From a virus (Duplodnaviria; Heunggongvirae; Uroviricota; Caudoviricetes): a stretch of 13,559 nucleotides of DNA. Of this stretch, positions 1 through 7,151 are shown piece by piece. Position 1 is the stretch's first letter; every line of letters starts with the position of its first letter. Below the pieces are notes generated by a model. The model saw only the letters and a program-made list of their open reading frames with translations. It was not told the origin of the DNA and ran no database searches. The DNA is taken from the IMG/VR virus record IMGVR_UViG_3300033075_001617, positions 1 to 13,559 of that record; one strand, given 5' to 3'. The position numbers and the translations under genes were made by a program.

Positions 1-1
1 G

Positions 2-154
2 CAAAATGAACGGCTCTCCCACGTTAGAGGTGTACAACTCCTGCACCCGATTCTTGATGTCTGCGTTCCGACTCTCCAGCGTGGAACGGTCGAGCTTCTG
101 CGGCACGTGCAGCCCATCGGTCTTGGGCAGATATACGACGTAGGGTTTCGACAT
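2..154 (-). CDS. Partial hypothetical protein (N-terminus only; runs off the window edge)
   Basis: Hand translation from ATG at 154: MSKPYVVYLPKTDGLHVPQKLDRSTLESRNADIKNRVQELYTSNVGEPFIL..., open to the edge. Same strand as neighbours and directly preceded by the repeated promoter-like motif. Not in the ORF track because it is truncated. Confidence 0.7.
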   Translation of the reverse strand, partial: MSKPYVVYLPKTDGLHVPQKLDRSTLESRNADIKNRVQELYTSNVGEPFIL

Positions 155-158
155 GACA

Positions 159-188
159 CTTATACGATGAGACGAGACGGAATTTTTC
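159..188 (-). promoter_or_regulatory. Bipartite promoter-like motif, copy 1 (GAAAAATT-N14-CGTATAAG)
   Basis: Minus strand reads GAAAAATT CCGTCTCGTCTCAT CGTATAAG tgtc ATG. Intergenic; same spacing as three other copies. Confidence 0.6.
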
Positions 189-190
189 CC

Positions 191-655
191 TCAGTAATGC
201 ATGTGGATGAAGAAGACGTCCTTGTCATCCTTCCCGCCCACGCCACAGCAGTAGGCTGGGGCGAATTTGGTCATGGCCTGCCGTATCTCCTCATCGGTGT
301 ATCGGCGCTTATGCTCGGGATGAGGCTCGGGGAAGTTCTTCGGGTCAGCGTAATAGCCGCTGTCGACCTTCCGGTTATGGTCCTTCATGTGCCATCCCCA
401 GTAGCCATCACGAAGCACCACGGGCCACTCTTCAGGGTGGTAGTCCTTGGGGAACACGCCCGTGGTGCCATCCTCAGGCGGGCTGCTGAAGCCCACTACA
501 TCACGCCCTCTCTCGTAGTAGATGTCATCCACGTGTTCGATGAGCACGATGGCGTCATCGGAGAGATCCGGGTTGGCTAAGGCCTTACGCAGGTCTCCCA
601 CACGCATGTAATGACCATGACGCTCCGCGAGGCTCTCCTTGGAAACGTCGTTCAT
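191..655 (-). CDS. Hypothetical protein, 154 aa
   Basis: Minus-strand ORF whose start overlaps the upstream stop (ATGA at 652-655). C-terminus has AYCC...FFIHMHY, a Cys/His cluster. No family assigned with confidence. Confidence 0.8.
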   Translation of the reverse strand: MNDVSKESLAERHGHYMRVGDLRKALANPDLSDDAIVLIEHVDDIYYERGRDVVGFSSPPEDGTTGVFPKDYHPEEWPVVLRDGYWGWHMKDHNRKVDSGYYADPKNFPEPHPEHKRRYTDEEIRQAMTKFAPAYCCGVGGKDDKDVFFIHMHY

Positions 656-1194
656 TTCACGCGCTTCTTGACGCCACTGAAGGCGCTGGCGGACATGCGG
701 TCGAAGGTCTGCTCAAGCACATCGGCTATCCACTCGAACGCCTGACGGAACGGATCATTGAGAAGCGTCCACAGGGCCGAGAACGGCCACCACGACATCC
801 ACAACAGAATAGTGGAACGGTGCTCGCGGGCCTTGGGCACGTACTGTTCTTTGAACGTGCCATCTTCATTGAACTTGTAGTCGCTTGAGTCCGAGAACTC
901 CCTCACCTTGCGCTTCAAGAAAAAGAACCACTTGACCACGCTCCACACAGTGCCCAACACAAAGTACCCAAAGAACGCCAAGATGATGTTCACCGGGTGA
1001 TGCACCATGTAGGACACGCCGTTGATGATGGGCTCCTTTGCGCCCAAGAAGAAAAAGAGAAGGCCCAGTACAACGGCCGATATGAACGCGCCCCATCCGT
1101 TGCCCTCCTTGCTCTCCACGAAGTAGGTGATCACTATGGCGCCAATGAAGAACACCAGCCAGAACCAGAAGGTTCCCAATATCAAAAATGCCAT
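652..1194 (-). CDS. Membrane protein, 180 aa, about 3-4 hydrophobic segments
   Basis: Hydrophobic stretches FLILGTFWFWLVFFIGAIVITYFV, GWGAFISAVVLGLLFFFLGA, IILAFFGYFVLGTVWSVVKWFFFL and a Trp-rich ILLWMSWWPFSALW segment. 1-nt gap to the upstream ORF. Confidence 0.85.
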   Translation of the reverse strand: MAFLILGTFWFWLVFFIGAIVITYFVESKEGNGWGAFISAVVLGLLFFFLGAKEPIINGVSYMVHHPVNIILAFFGYFVLGTVWSVVKWFFFLKRKVREFSDSSDYKFNEDGTFKEQYVPKAREHRSTILLWMSWWPFSALWTLLNDPFRQAFEWIADVLEQTFDRMSASAFSGVKKRVK

Positions 1195-1195
1195 C

Positions 1196-1567
1196 TTACG
1201 TTGTTGTTTGTTTGAGTAGTTCGATCACTTCTTTCACGTCGGTATAATCCATCGGCTCCACACGGCCGCTGATGAGGTACGAGGTCAGCCCGACCCCATC
1301 GGTCTTCACGCGTACACGCTTGGAGGTACGGGTGACGACCTTCACCATCACCATCACCTTGTTCTCGTAGACGACTTTGTTCTCCTCATCCCGCTTGGGC
1401 GCCCACTTCCATATCTCACGCTGGGTGTGGTCAATGCCATCGGGCGGCATCATCGCAACCGCCTTGTCGATGTCTGTGAACGCTGGCGCATTCTCGCACA
1501 TATAGGGCAGGAACTTGACGTTGGTCTTGACCTTAACTCCCTTTTCGGCTATCGCTGTTTCGCTCAT
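1196..1567 (-). CDS. Hypothetical protein, 123 aa
   Basis: Fills the gap in the minus-strand gene chain; ATGA overlap with the upstream ORF at 1564-1567. Confidence 0.75.
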   Translation of the reverse strand: MSETAIAEKGVKVKTNVKFLPYMCENAPAFTDIDKAVAMMPPDGIDHTQREIWKWAPKRDEENKVVYENKVMVMVKVVTRTSKRVRVKTDGVGLTSYLISGRVEPMDYTDVKEVIELLKQTTT

Positions 1568-1785
1568 TTCTCACTATAGGGTTTGTCCTTGAACTGTGGA
1601 AAGAAAGCTCTGCCCTCTACCTCTCTCAGGTAGCAACCGAAGTCCGCTACATATTCCGCGTCACGGTCTGCGTTCACACCAGACACAGCCGTCATGTAGG
1701 CGTTCCATCCACCGTCGTCCCTTGATACCGCGACGATGCCGATGGTGTGCGCCGCTGACCTCCACTCTACCGCAATGATGTTCAT
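1564..1785 (-). CDS. Small hypothetical protein, 73 aa
   Basis: In chain with neighbours, with an ATGA overlap downstream. Beta-rich N-terminus (IIAVEW...IGIVAV...WNAYM). Confidence 0.75.
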   Translation of the reverse strand: MNIIAVEWRSAAHTIGIVAVSRDDGGWNAYMTAVSGVNADRDAEYVADFGCYLREVEGRAFFPQFKDKPYSEK

Positions 1786-1822
1786 TGGATCCAGATTCGG
1801 ATGCTAACATAAGTATAATTCC

Positions 1823-2434
1823 TCACACCGTGCTGGCTATCTGTTGTGATATCTCTACGGCGTAAGGCCAACTCAATTTGGTCGGACGAGGCAGAACGAA
1901 ATAAGCGTACGCCAGCGCCATCTGCTGAGCGGCCTTCTGTGGCGATAAGCCACCAGTGAGGGTGCCAAATCCGCAGCAGGCCACGTATTGAATGTCATGG
2001 GCCAAGATGTTGTGTTTCTGGACCGCCATAAGCATGGCCTTCATCGCCAAGTAGGCATTGTCGGTCCCCTCAACACTGGCGGGAACACGCATTGTCGGGG
2101 TGTGTGCCACATACTTCGTGGGGTAGGTTCCGTCCACGGATACGATCATGCTGGTGCCTATGGGCTGCTCTCCGGCGTACTCCTTGATGATGGCCTTCTG
2201 TATCTTCTCTTGCAGTTCCAGACCGAAGCGGTCGATGATGGCCCCGTCGATGCCACCGTCCATCAGGCCGAAGGAATTGGCGGCGCTCACCACGCAATCG
2301 AACTCCGTGTTCTGGAACAGGTCGCATACCACTTCCACATCAGGGAACTTGAAGTGCTTCTCTAGCTCTTCACAAAGCTGCCTGTTGGGGTCGCACAGGA
2401 TGAGCTTGAAGTTCGGCGTCGCGTACTGGTTCAT
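1823..2434 (-). CDS. Macrodomain protein (Appr-1''-p processing / ADP-ribosylhydrolase-like)
   Basis: Macrodomain signature DCVVSAANSFGLMDGGIDGAI, then HTPTMRVP and the Gly-rich ACCGFGTLTGG loop. Confidence 0.9.
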   Translation of the reverse strand: MNQYATPNFKLILCDPNRQLCEELEKHFKFPDVEVVCDLFQNTEFDCVVSAANSFGLMDGGIDGAIIDRFGLELQEKIQKAIIKEYAGEQPIGTSMIVSVDGTYPTKYVAHTPTMRVPASVEGTDNAYLAMKAMLMAVQKHNILAHDIQYVACCGFGTLTGGLSPQKAAQQMALAYAYFVLPRPTKLSWPYAVEISQQIASTV

Positions 2435-3204
2435 GTTCCGAATTTTCCTGTGATTAGCGCCTCTGGCGTGAGCGCCTCCTGACGTCTTGCTCGATCTACC
2501 CTAGAGGGGATAAGAGACACCACCAGCCCATTGAGAAAGACGATGTCCACATCATGTTTGGTGTATTCATCCAACTTCAGTTCCATCTCGATACATCCAC
2601 GGAACATCCCTGCTTTCACGGACCCATCCTTTGCCAAACGCAGGAGGGCGCCTTGACTGTGAGCCACGATACGTTGGGCCGGATTGTGAACACCCTCAAC
2701 GAACTCATGATTCTCTATCGCATTTGCGATGTCCTCCTCATGCACGTGCCATGATGTGGATATCACTATGGGCTTCGGCTGATTCTTGCTTTTACCCTTG
2801 ATGGCCAGCAAAGCACTATTGGGGTCGGTCCCCTCCAGCAAGAAGCCGCGCAATTGTGACCAGTCCGTCAATACGATGTAGTGCGCGGGAAACTCGGCAC
2901 TGCCGATAATGGCGCAGATCACCTGACCATCAGAGTCCGTATGGAACCATGGCACCGTATTCTCTCGCACACCATCAAGGGAGACGCATCCAAGGTCTTC
3001 CCACTCACGCTTCAAGCGGATGTACATCTCCTGTCGGCAGAGCAGCACGTATGGGCCCTTCAGGGTGCCGCCCTTCTTTATGATGCCTCCGGCGAGTTCC
3101 AAGAACGCGTCTTGCAACGCGTTCTTGGTCATCGTATCGGCATCCACTATCTTACCAACATGCATCCTCTTGTTGGTGATAAGCGCCTTTATCATCTCAC
3201 TCAT
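2431..3204 (-). CDS. Hypothetical protein, 257 aa; N-half resembles an HK97-fold capsid A-domain
   Basis: The ORF is solid (ATGA overlap downstream, 14-nt gap upstream). The fold guess rests on the pattern TMTKNALQDAFLEL..GG..PYVLLC..MYIRL..FHTDSDG..IIGSAEFPAHYIVLTDWSQL, matched by eye only. Confidence 0.75.
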   Translation of the reverse strand: MSEMIKALITNKRMHVGKIVDADTMTKNALQDAFLELAGGIIKKGGTLKGPYVLLCRQEMYIRLKREWEDLGCVSLDGVRENTVPWFHTDSDGQVICAIIGSAEFPAHYIVLTDWSQLRGFLLEGTDPNSALLAIKGKSKNQPKPIVISTSWHVHEEDIANAIENHEFVEGVHNPAQRIVAHSQGALLRLAKDGSVKAGMFRGCIEMELKLDEYTKHDVDIVFLNGLVVSLIPSRVDRARRQEALTPEALITGKFGT

Positions 3205-3218
3205 GATGCGTGCTTTTA

Positions 3219-4607
3219 TCAGGCCAAGTCATCCTCGTCGAACTCTACCGACTTGGGAGCGGAACTGTCCCAATCGAAGCCCACGCTCTCGCCCTCCAAC
3301 AAGCCTTGCTCCTGCGCCATTTCGTAGACGGTCTTGAGCAGTTCGGTCGTCTGACTGAACACCGCGCGCACCTCGTCAAGGGTAACGGTCTTCTTCTTCT
3401 TGCTGACGGCGTACTTTACGATGTCCTCCGAGAACTGCTTGATACGCGTTCCGGTGATGCCCTTGTTGTCGGCATCGAACATGTCGCGCAAGGTGTCCTC
3501 GATCTCCTTTTTGGTGCCCTCCACGATCTTGTCCTTGCCGAAGAAGTAGTCCTTCAGATATATCTCGGCGCACTTCATCACGTACTCGCCTTTCAGGTTG
3601 CCGAAAGCGAATATCTGGTCAACACGTCCGGGGCGCTGAAGTATCCTCTTCTCGATCTTCTGCGGATAGTTCGTGGTCATGATGATGTAAGCTCCCTTGG
3701 GGTTGACGGGCTGGTCGATACCGTCGAGGAAGTTGAGCAAGTTGCTCTCGGGGCGCTGGAGGCTGCTCTCGGCATCCTCAAGCACACAGATGGTGCTCAC
3801 GTTGTATTTGGCGCACAGGTTCAAGTGTGTCGCTAGTGATCCGATGTCGGTGAAGAACGTCACGTTCTTCTCCTTCATGTACTGGTTGGCGATGCGGATG
3901 GTGAGGGATGACTTTCCTGTGCCGGGAGGGCCCACGAGCATCACCTTCCTTGTTCCGGGCATGCCCCAGCGGGTGAACAGGTCGAGGTTCCCGAAGAACA
4001 TGTCGATGTCCTCCTTGACGAACTTGACCGATTCATGCACCACAGGGGTCTCCTTGAGCTTCTTGCGGGGCATGTACACACCCTTCTCGTTCTTGTACAC
4101 CTGACCCACTGGTGGCTTCTTGCGCTTCTTCGCCTCCTTGTTGATCAGTTGTATCAACTTGGCCCACACCGAGTCCTCGGTGGCGAAGATGGAATCCACC
4201 ATACGGCTCTTGCCGTCGCCCGTGACCCATTTCGCGAAATACATGAACGTCCCATCGGAGAAGTTCAACTTGAAGATGCCCGTCTGGTCGTTGATGTCGA
4301 TCTCGTTCTTGTTCTTCTTGTTCAGATCAATGGAGAAGGAGAATCGGATGACATCATCATCCACGCTGTCGATGGAGGCGATGTGGAAGGACTTCACGCG
4401 TGAGCGCTTGGCCTGATCCATCAGGTCGCGGAACAAACTGTAGTCGTATTCCGTGGTGTACTGCACGCGGACCTTGCCGCATGTTTTCCCCTTGTCCTTT
4501 TTGTACATGTCTACCAGCTTGTGGTAGTAGCTCTCCGCTATTGCCGTTGTCTTCATCGGCTCCAGTTGTGCCTTCGCGTCGTCCGCCTTGATGGTCTGTG
4601 ATTTCAT
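3219..4607 (-). CDS. AAA+ ATPase (classical AAA clade, BCS1-like core) with an uncharacterised N-terminal region
   Basis: Walker A GPPGTGKS, Walker B ICVLEDAE, LLNFLDG, sensor-1 MTTN, second region of homology RILQRPGRVD. Confidence 0.92.
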   Translation of the reverse strand: MKSQTIKADDAKAQLEPMKTTAIAESYYHKLVDMYKKDKGKTCGKVRVQYTTEYDYSLFRDLMDQAKRSRVKSFHIASIDSVDDDVIRFSFSIDLNKKNKNEIDINDQTGIFKLNFSDGTFMYFAKWVTGDGKSRMVDSIFATEDSVWAKLIQLINKEAKKRKKPPVGQVYKNEKGVYMPRKKLKETPVVHESVKFVKEDIDMFFGNLDLFTRWGMPGTRKVMLVGPPGTGKSSLTIRIANQYMKEKNVTFFTDIGSLATHLNLCAKYNVSTICVLEDAESSLQRPESNLLNFLDGIDQPVNPKGAYIIMTTNYPQKIEKRILQRPGRVDQIFAFGNLKGEYVMKCAEIYLKDYFFGKDKIVEGTKKEIEDTLRDMFDADNKGITGTRIKQFSEDIVKYAVSKKKKTVTLDEVRAVFSQTTELLKTVYEMAQEQGLLEGESVGFDWDSSAPKSVEFDEDDLA

Positions 4608-5182
4608 TGCCCTTGTTCGTTAAGTGTCTCTTGGTTCTCAAATGCTATCCTCCAACCTCCACGTATCTTCCTTACCTTCTTGTTCAGGACGAATCCATGG
4701 CCTCTCGCCTTGTTGTCCACTACTTCATCCACATATGCCTGAGTGACCACGCAATGCATACCGGCATCAACGCGTGACTTCGCGTATCGGCCTGCCGGAG
4801 TGTCCAGCAGGTATATCCTGCCGATGATCGTTCGACTTTCCTTGTCGTACAGAATGTCGAGAAGTTGGAACGCCGACTCGTTCGGATGGAGGATCTCCTC
4901 GTCGTCGAACGTGCCGTCTATGGTCTGATTGGCGGCTATGGCGATGGGGTCCTGTGTGGCGTATTGCTCGTACTCCTCGATGGACATGTCGTTCTCCACG
5001 CTCTCTTGGATGGCCTCCTCCAACTTACCGTAAGCCAAATCGGCATCCACCAGCTTCTTTTTGTAGTAGGCCACTGCCTTCTCCACTGACACCTCATCCA
5101 ACGGAGGTGCCTCAGAGAGCGGCAATGTGTAGAGAACGCCGTCCAAAACGTAGTTCTCTTTATCTATCAGTAGAAGTGACAT
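4604..5182 (-). CDS. T4 gp21-like prohead protease homologue, apparently lacking the catalytic motif
   Basis: TIIGRIYLLDTPAGRYAKSRVDAG matches the gp21-family GxxxILxTPxGxxxxxxxxxG pattern, but the following SSRG motif reads VTQAY. ATG 5182 is preferred over 5224 because a promoter lies at 5200-5232. The ORF is confident; the family call is moderate. Confidence 0.6.
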   Translation of the reverse strand: MSLLLIDKENYVLDGVLYTLPLSEAPPLDEVSVEKAVAYYKKKLVDADLAYGKLEEAIQESVENDMSIEEYEQYATQDPIAIAANQTIDGTFDDEEILHPNESAFQLLDILYDKESRTIIGRIYLLDTPAGRYAKSRVDAGMHCVVTQAYVDEVVDNKARGHGFVLNKKVRKIRGGWRIAFENQETLNEQGQ

Positions 5183-5199
5183 GACTATCTTTAGAGAAG

Positions 5200-5232
5200 C
5201 AAATATAGTCATTGAAACACTCATGCAACAAA
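5200..5232 (-). promoter_or_regulatory. Bacteroidota primary-sigma-type promoter (-33 TTTG / -7 TAnnTTTG)
   Basis: Minus strand TTTG(5232-5229)-N21-TATATTTG(5207-5200), immediately after a terminator and 17 nt before ATG 5182. Confidence 0.7.
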
Positions 5233-5239
5233 TGAGTGC

Positions 5240-5272
5240 AAAAAAGAAGGGGCGGCCAAATGGCCGCCCCTT
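5240..5272 (-). terminator. Rho-independent terminator closing the envelope module
   Basis: Minus strand AAGGGGCGGCC-ATTT-GGCCGCCCCTT-C-TTTTTT: an 11-bp stem plus U-tract, 20 nt after the TAA at 5293. Confidence 0.9.
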
Positions 5273-5292
5273 GCTTGTCGAAGAGTTGTCTC

Positions 5293-7086
5293 TTACCCCT
5301 CCATGGTCATCATGATGTCCTCCACCTGCTGTGTAAGCCTGATGAATTCCGGCATGCGCTTGGTGTGCCTGTCACGATGAAGCCCGAGGTCCACCTTGAT
5401 GTGATGAACGAATTTGGCTGGAGGCTTGCACATGATGTAGATGTCATCCGCCAAGTACACGGCCTCATCAATGGCATGTGTCACCAGCACCACAGTGGGC
5501 TTGAACTCCTCGAAGATGGAGCACATGAGGTCCTGTAGTTGCGCCCGCGTCTTCACATCAAGCGCACCGAACGGCTCATCCAACAACAAGACCTGCGGAT
5601 TGGCGAGAAGGCTGCGGGCGATGGCCACACGCTGTAGTTGTCCTCCCGATAATGTTGGCTTGCGGGCATACTTCATCTCGTGGCCCTCCAACCCTACGCG
5701 CTTGATCATCTCCATTGCCCTGTGGCGACGCTCGGCCTTCTTCACCCCCTGATACTTCAGACCCAAGGCGACGTTGTCCAACACCGTGAGCCACGGGAAG
5801 GAGGAGTACTCCTGAAACACCATGCCGAGGCGTATCATCCAACTGTTGGTGTTGAGGCCATTGACGAATATCTCACCGGATGTCGGTGTATCCAAGTTCG
5901 CCAAGAACCGCAGCAGCGTGCTCTTGCCGCAGCCGCTGGCACCCATGATGATGGCGAACTCTCCCTCCGGCTTGTTGGCGATCACAAGCTCCACATCCTT
6001 CAGTACTGTGACATCCGGACGGGGCTGGGCCCATGAGTTTAACGCGTCGGCCCAACCCAACCACTTGATGATGGAGGCCAGTGTTCTTTTCAAGAAGCCT
6101 GAACCTTCTGGGGTGTCCACCATCCAGTTCAACTCCCTCGCTATGGGCATGAGCCATTTGATCCCCCGTTTGCCCTTATAGGTCTTCGTAACATTGTGGA
6201 CCTCGACCACGTTCTTGCACGTCTCTGCCGGAGTGTTAGGGTCACTCACGGTCGTGCTCGCAGCCTGTACTGTGGCCGCACCGTAAGTGGCGGACCCACT
6301 TGAGGCGCTCTTGTACTTGTCCGGGAAAACGATCCAGTCCAATATCCGCAAGAGCATGTCTTGAACGAAGGCCCACATGATGATCAGAATGACCAACGCC
6401 CATTGTTGTTCATAGCGTGAGTGGCGTCCAGCCTCCTCGATCATAGCGCCTATACCACCGGTGTTATTGATGTACTCCGCTATGACGATGTACGTCCAAC
6501 TGATGGCCACGAGGGAGATTATATCGGTGCTGACCCGACGTAATACGTCCGGAAAGAAGACCGTCCATATCTTCTCCTGCGAAGAGGCCCCCAATGTCTG
6601 GGCCGTGTGCAAGTGGACATCAAGCGTCTCTTGAACACGAGACGCCACGGTCGGTATCATATAGACCATGATGCCGATGGCCAAGAATTGTATCTTGACG
6701 TTGTCATAGATGCCAAACCAAGTGATCATCAGTCCGATGATGGCCGTCAATGGAAGGTATCGAGCGGCCTGTATGTAGACGCCCAAGAAGGCACGCACAG
6801 GGGCAAAGAGGCCAATCAAAAATCCCAACACGACCGAAATGAGTACGGCCTCACCCATGCCTATGAAGTTCAGCTTTATGGAGTAAGCCAAACTATCCCA
6901 CATGCCTCGGTCAATCGCCGAGGGATAGCTCATGGCGACCTTCAGCGGCTCAGGAAGAGTGCTCCGGGAAATGAAGCCCAGTGAGGTGATGGCCTGCCAC
7001 ACCGACAGGATGACGAGAAAGCCCGTGAAGCCGATGATGAACCGCTGAAGAGGCGTCAGTGTTCCTTTGAGTTTCCACATGTTCAT
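5293..7086 (-). CDS. Fused ABC transporter: SsuC/TauC-type permease plus SsuB/TauB (NitT/TauT)-type ATPase
   Basis: N-half has about 6 TM segments, an EAA-like loop HTAQTLGAS and WTYIVIAE. C-half has Walker A GASGCGKST, Q-loop MVFQEY, signature LSGGQ, Walker B LLLDEPFGALD and H-loop VTH. Continuous frame through an S/A/T-rich linker. Start uncertain (GTG 7098, ATG 7086 or ATG 7080). Confidence 0.92.
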   Translation of the reverse strand: MNMWKLKGTLTPLQRFIIGFTGFLVILSVWQAITSLGFISRSTLPEPLKVAMSYPSAIDRGMWDSLAYSIKLNFIGMGEAVLISVVLGFLIGLFAPVRAFLGVYIQAARYLPLTAIIGLMITWFGIYDNVKIQFLAIGIMVYMIPTVASRVQETLDVHLHTAQTLGASSQEKIWTVFFPDVLRRVSTDIISLVAISWTYIVIAEYINNTGGIGAMIEEAGRHSRYEQQWALVILIIMWAFVQDMLLRILDWIVFPDKYKSASSGSATYGAATVQAASTTVSDPNTPAETCKNVVEVHNVTKTYKGKRGIKWLMPIARELNWMVDTPEGSGFLKRTLASIIKWLGWADALNSWAQPRPDVTVLKDVELVIANKPEGEFAIIMGASGCGKSTLLRFLANLDTPTSGEIFVNGLNTNSWMIRLGMVFQEYSSFPWLTVLDNVALGLKYQGVKKAERRHRAMEMIKRVGLEGHEMKYARKPTLSGGQLQRVAIARSLLANPQVLLLDEPFGALDVKTRAQLQDLMCSIFEEFKPTVVLVTHAIDEAVYLADDIYIMCKPPAKFVHHIKVDLGLHRDRHTKRMPEFIRLTQQVEDIMMTMEG

Positions 7087-7101
7087 ATTGCTTTTCACAA
7101 A

Positions 7102-7129
7102 GCGGGGCGTCCAGTTTGGACGCCCCTGC
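7102..7129 (-). terminator. Intergenic GC-rich hairpin (weak terminator or mRNA-stabilising stem)
   Basis: GGGGCGTCCA-3 nt-TGGACGCCCC, a 10-bp stem (7104-7126) between the binding-protein and permease genes. It is followed by only GCTTTGTG on the minus strand. Confidence 0.6.
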
Positions 7130-7151
7130 CGTGCTGTTGGTTCATGACGCG

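Noticed and set aside
1786-1822. Degenerate motif copy GAATTATA-N14-CGAATCTG before the 73-aa ORF
   Set aside because: The spacing fits, but there are several mismatches in both halves, so it cannot be distinguished from chance.
5183-5224. Longer start (MSVSMTIF..) for the gp21-like gene
   Set aside because: It would lie inside the predicted promoter; ATG 5182 fits better.
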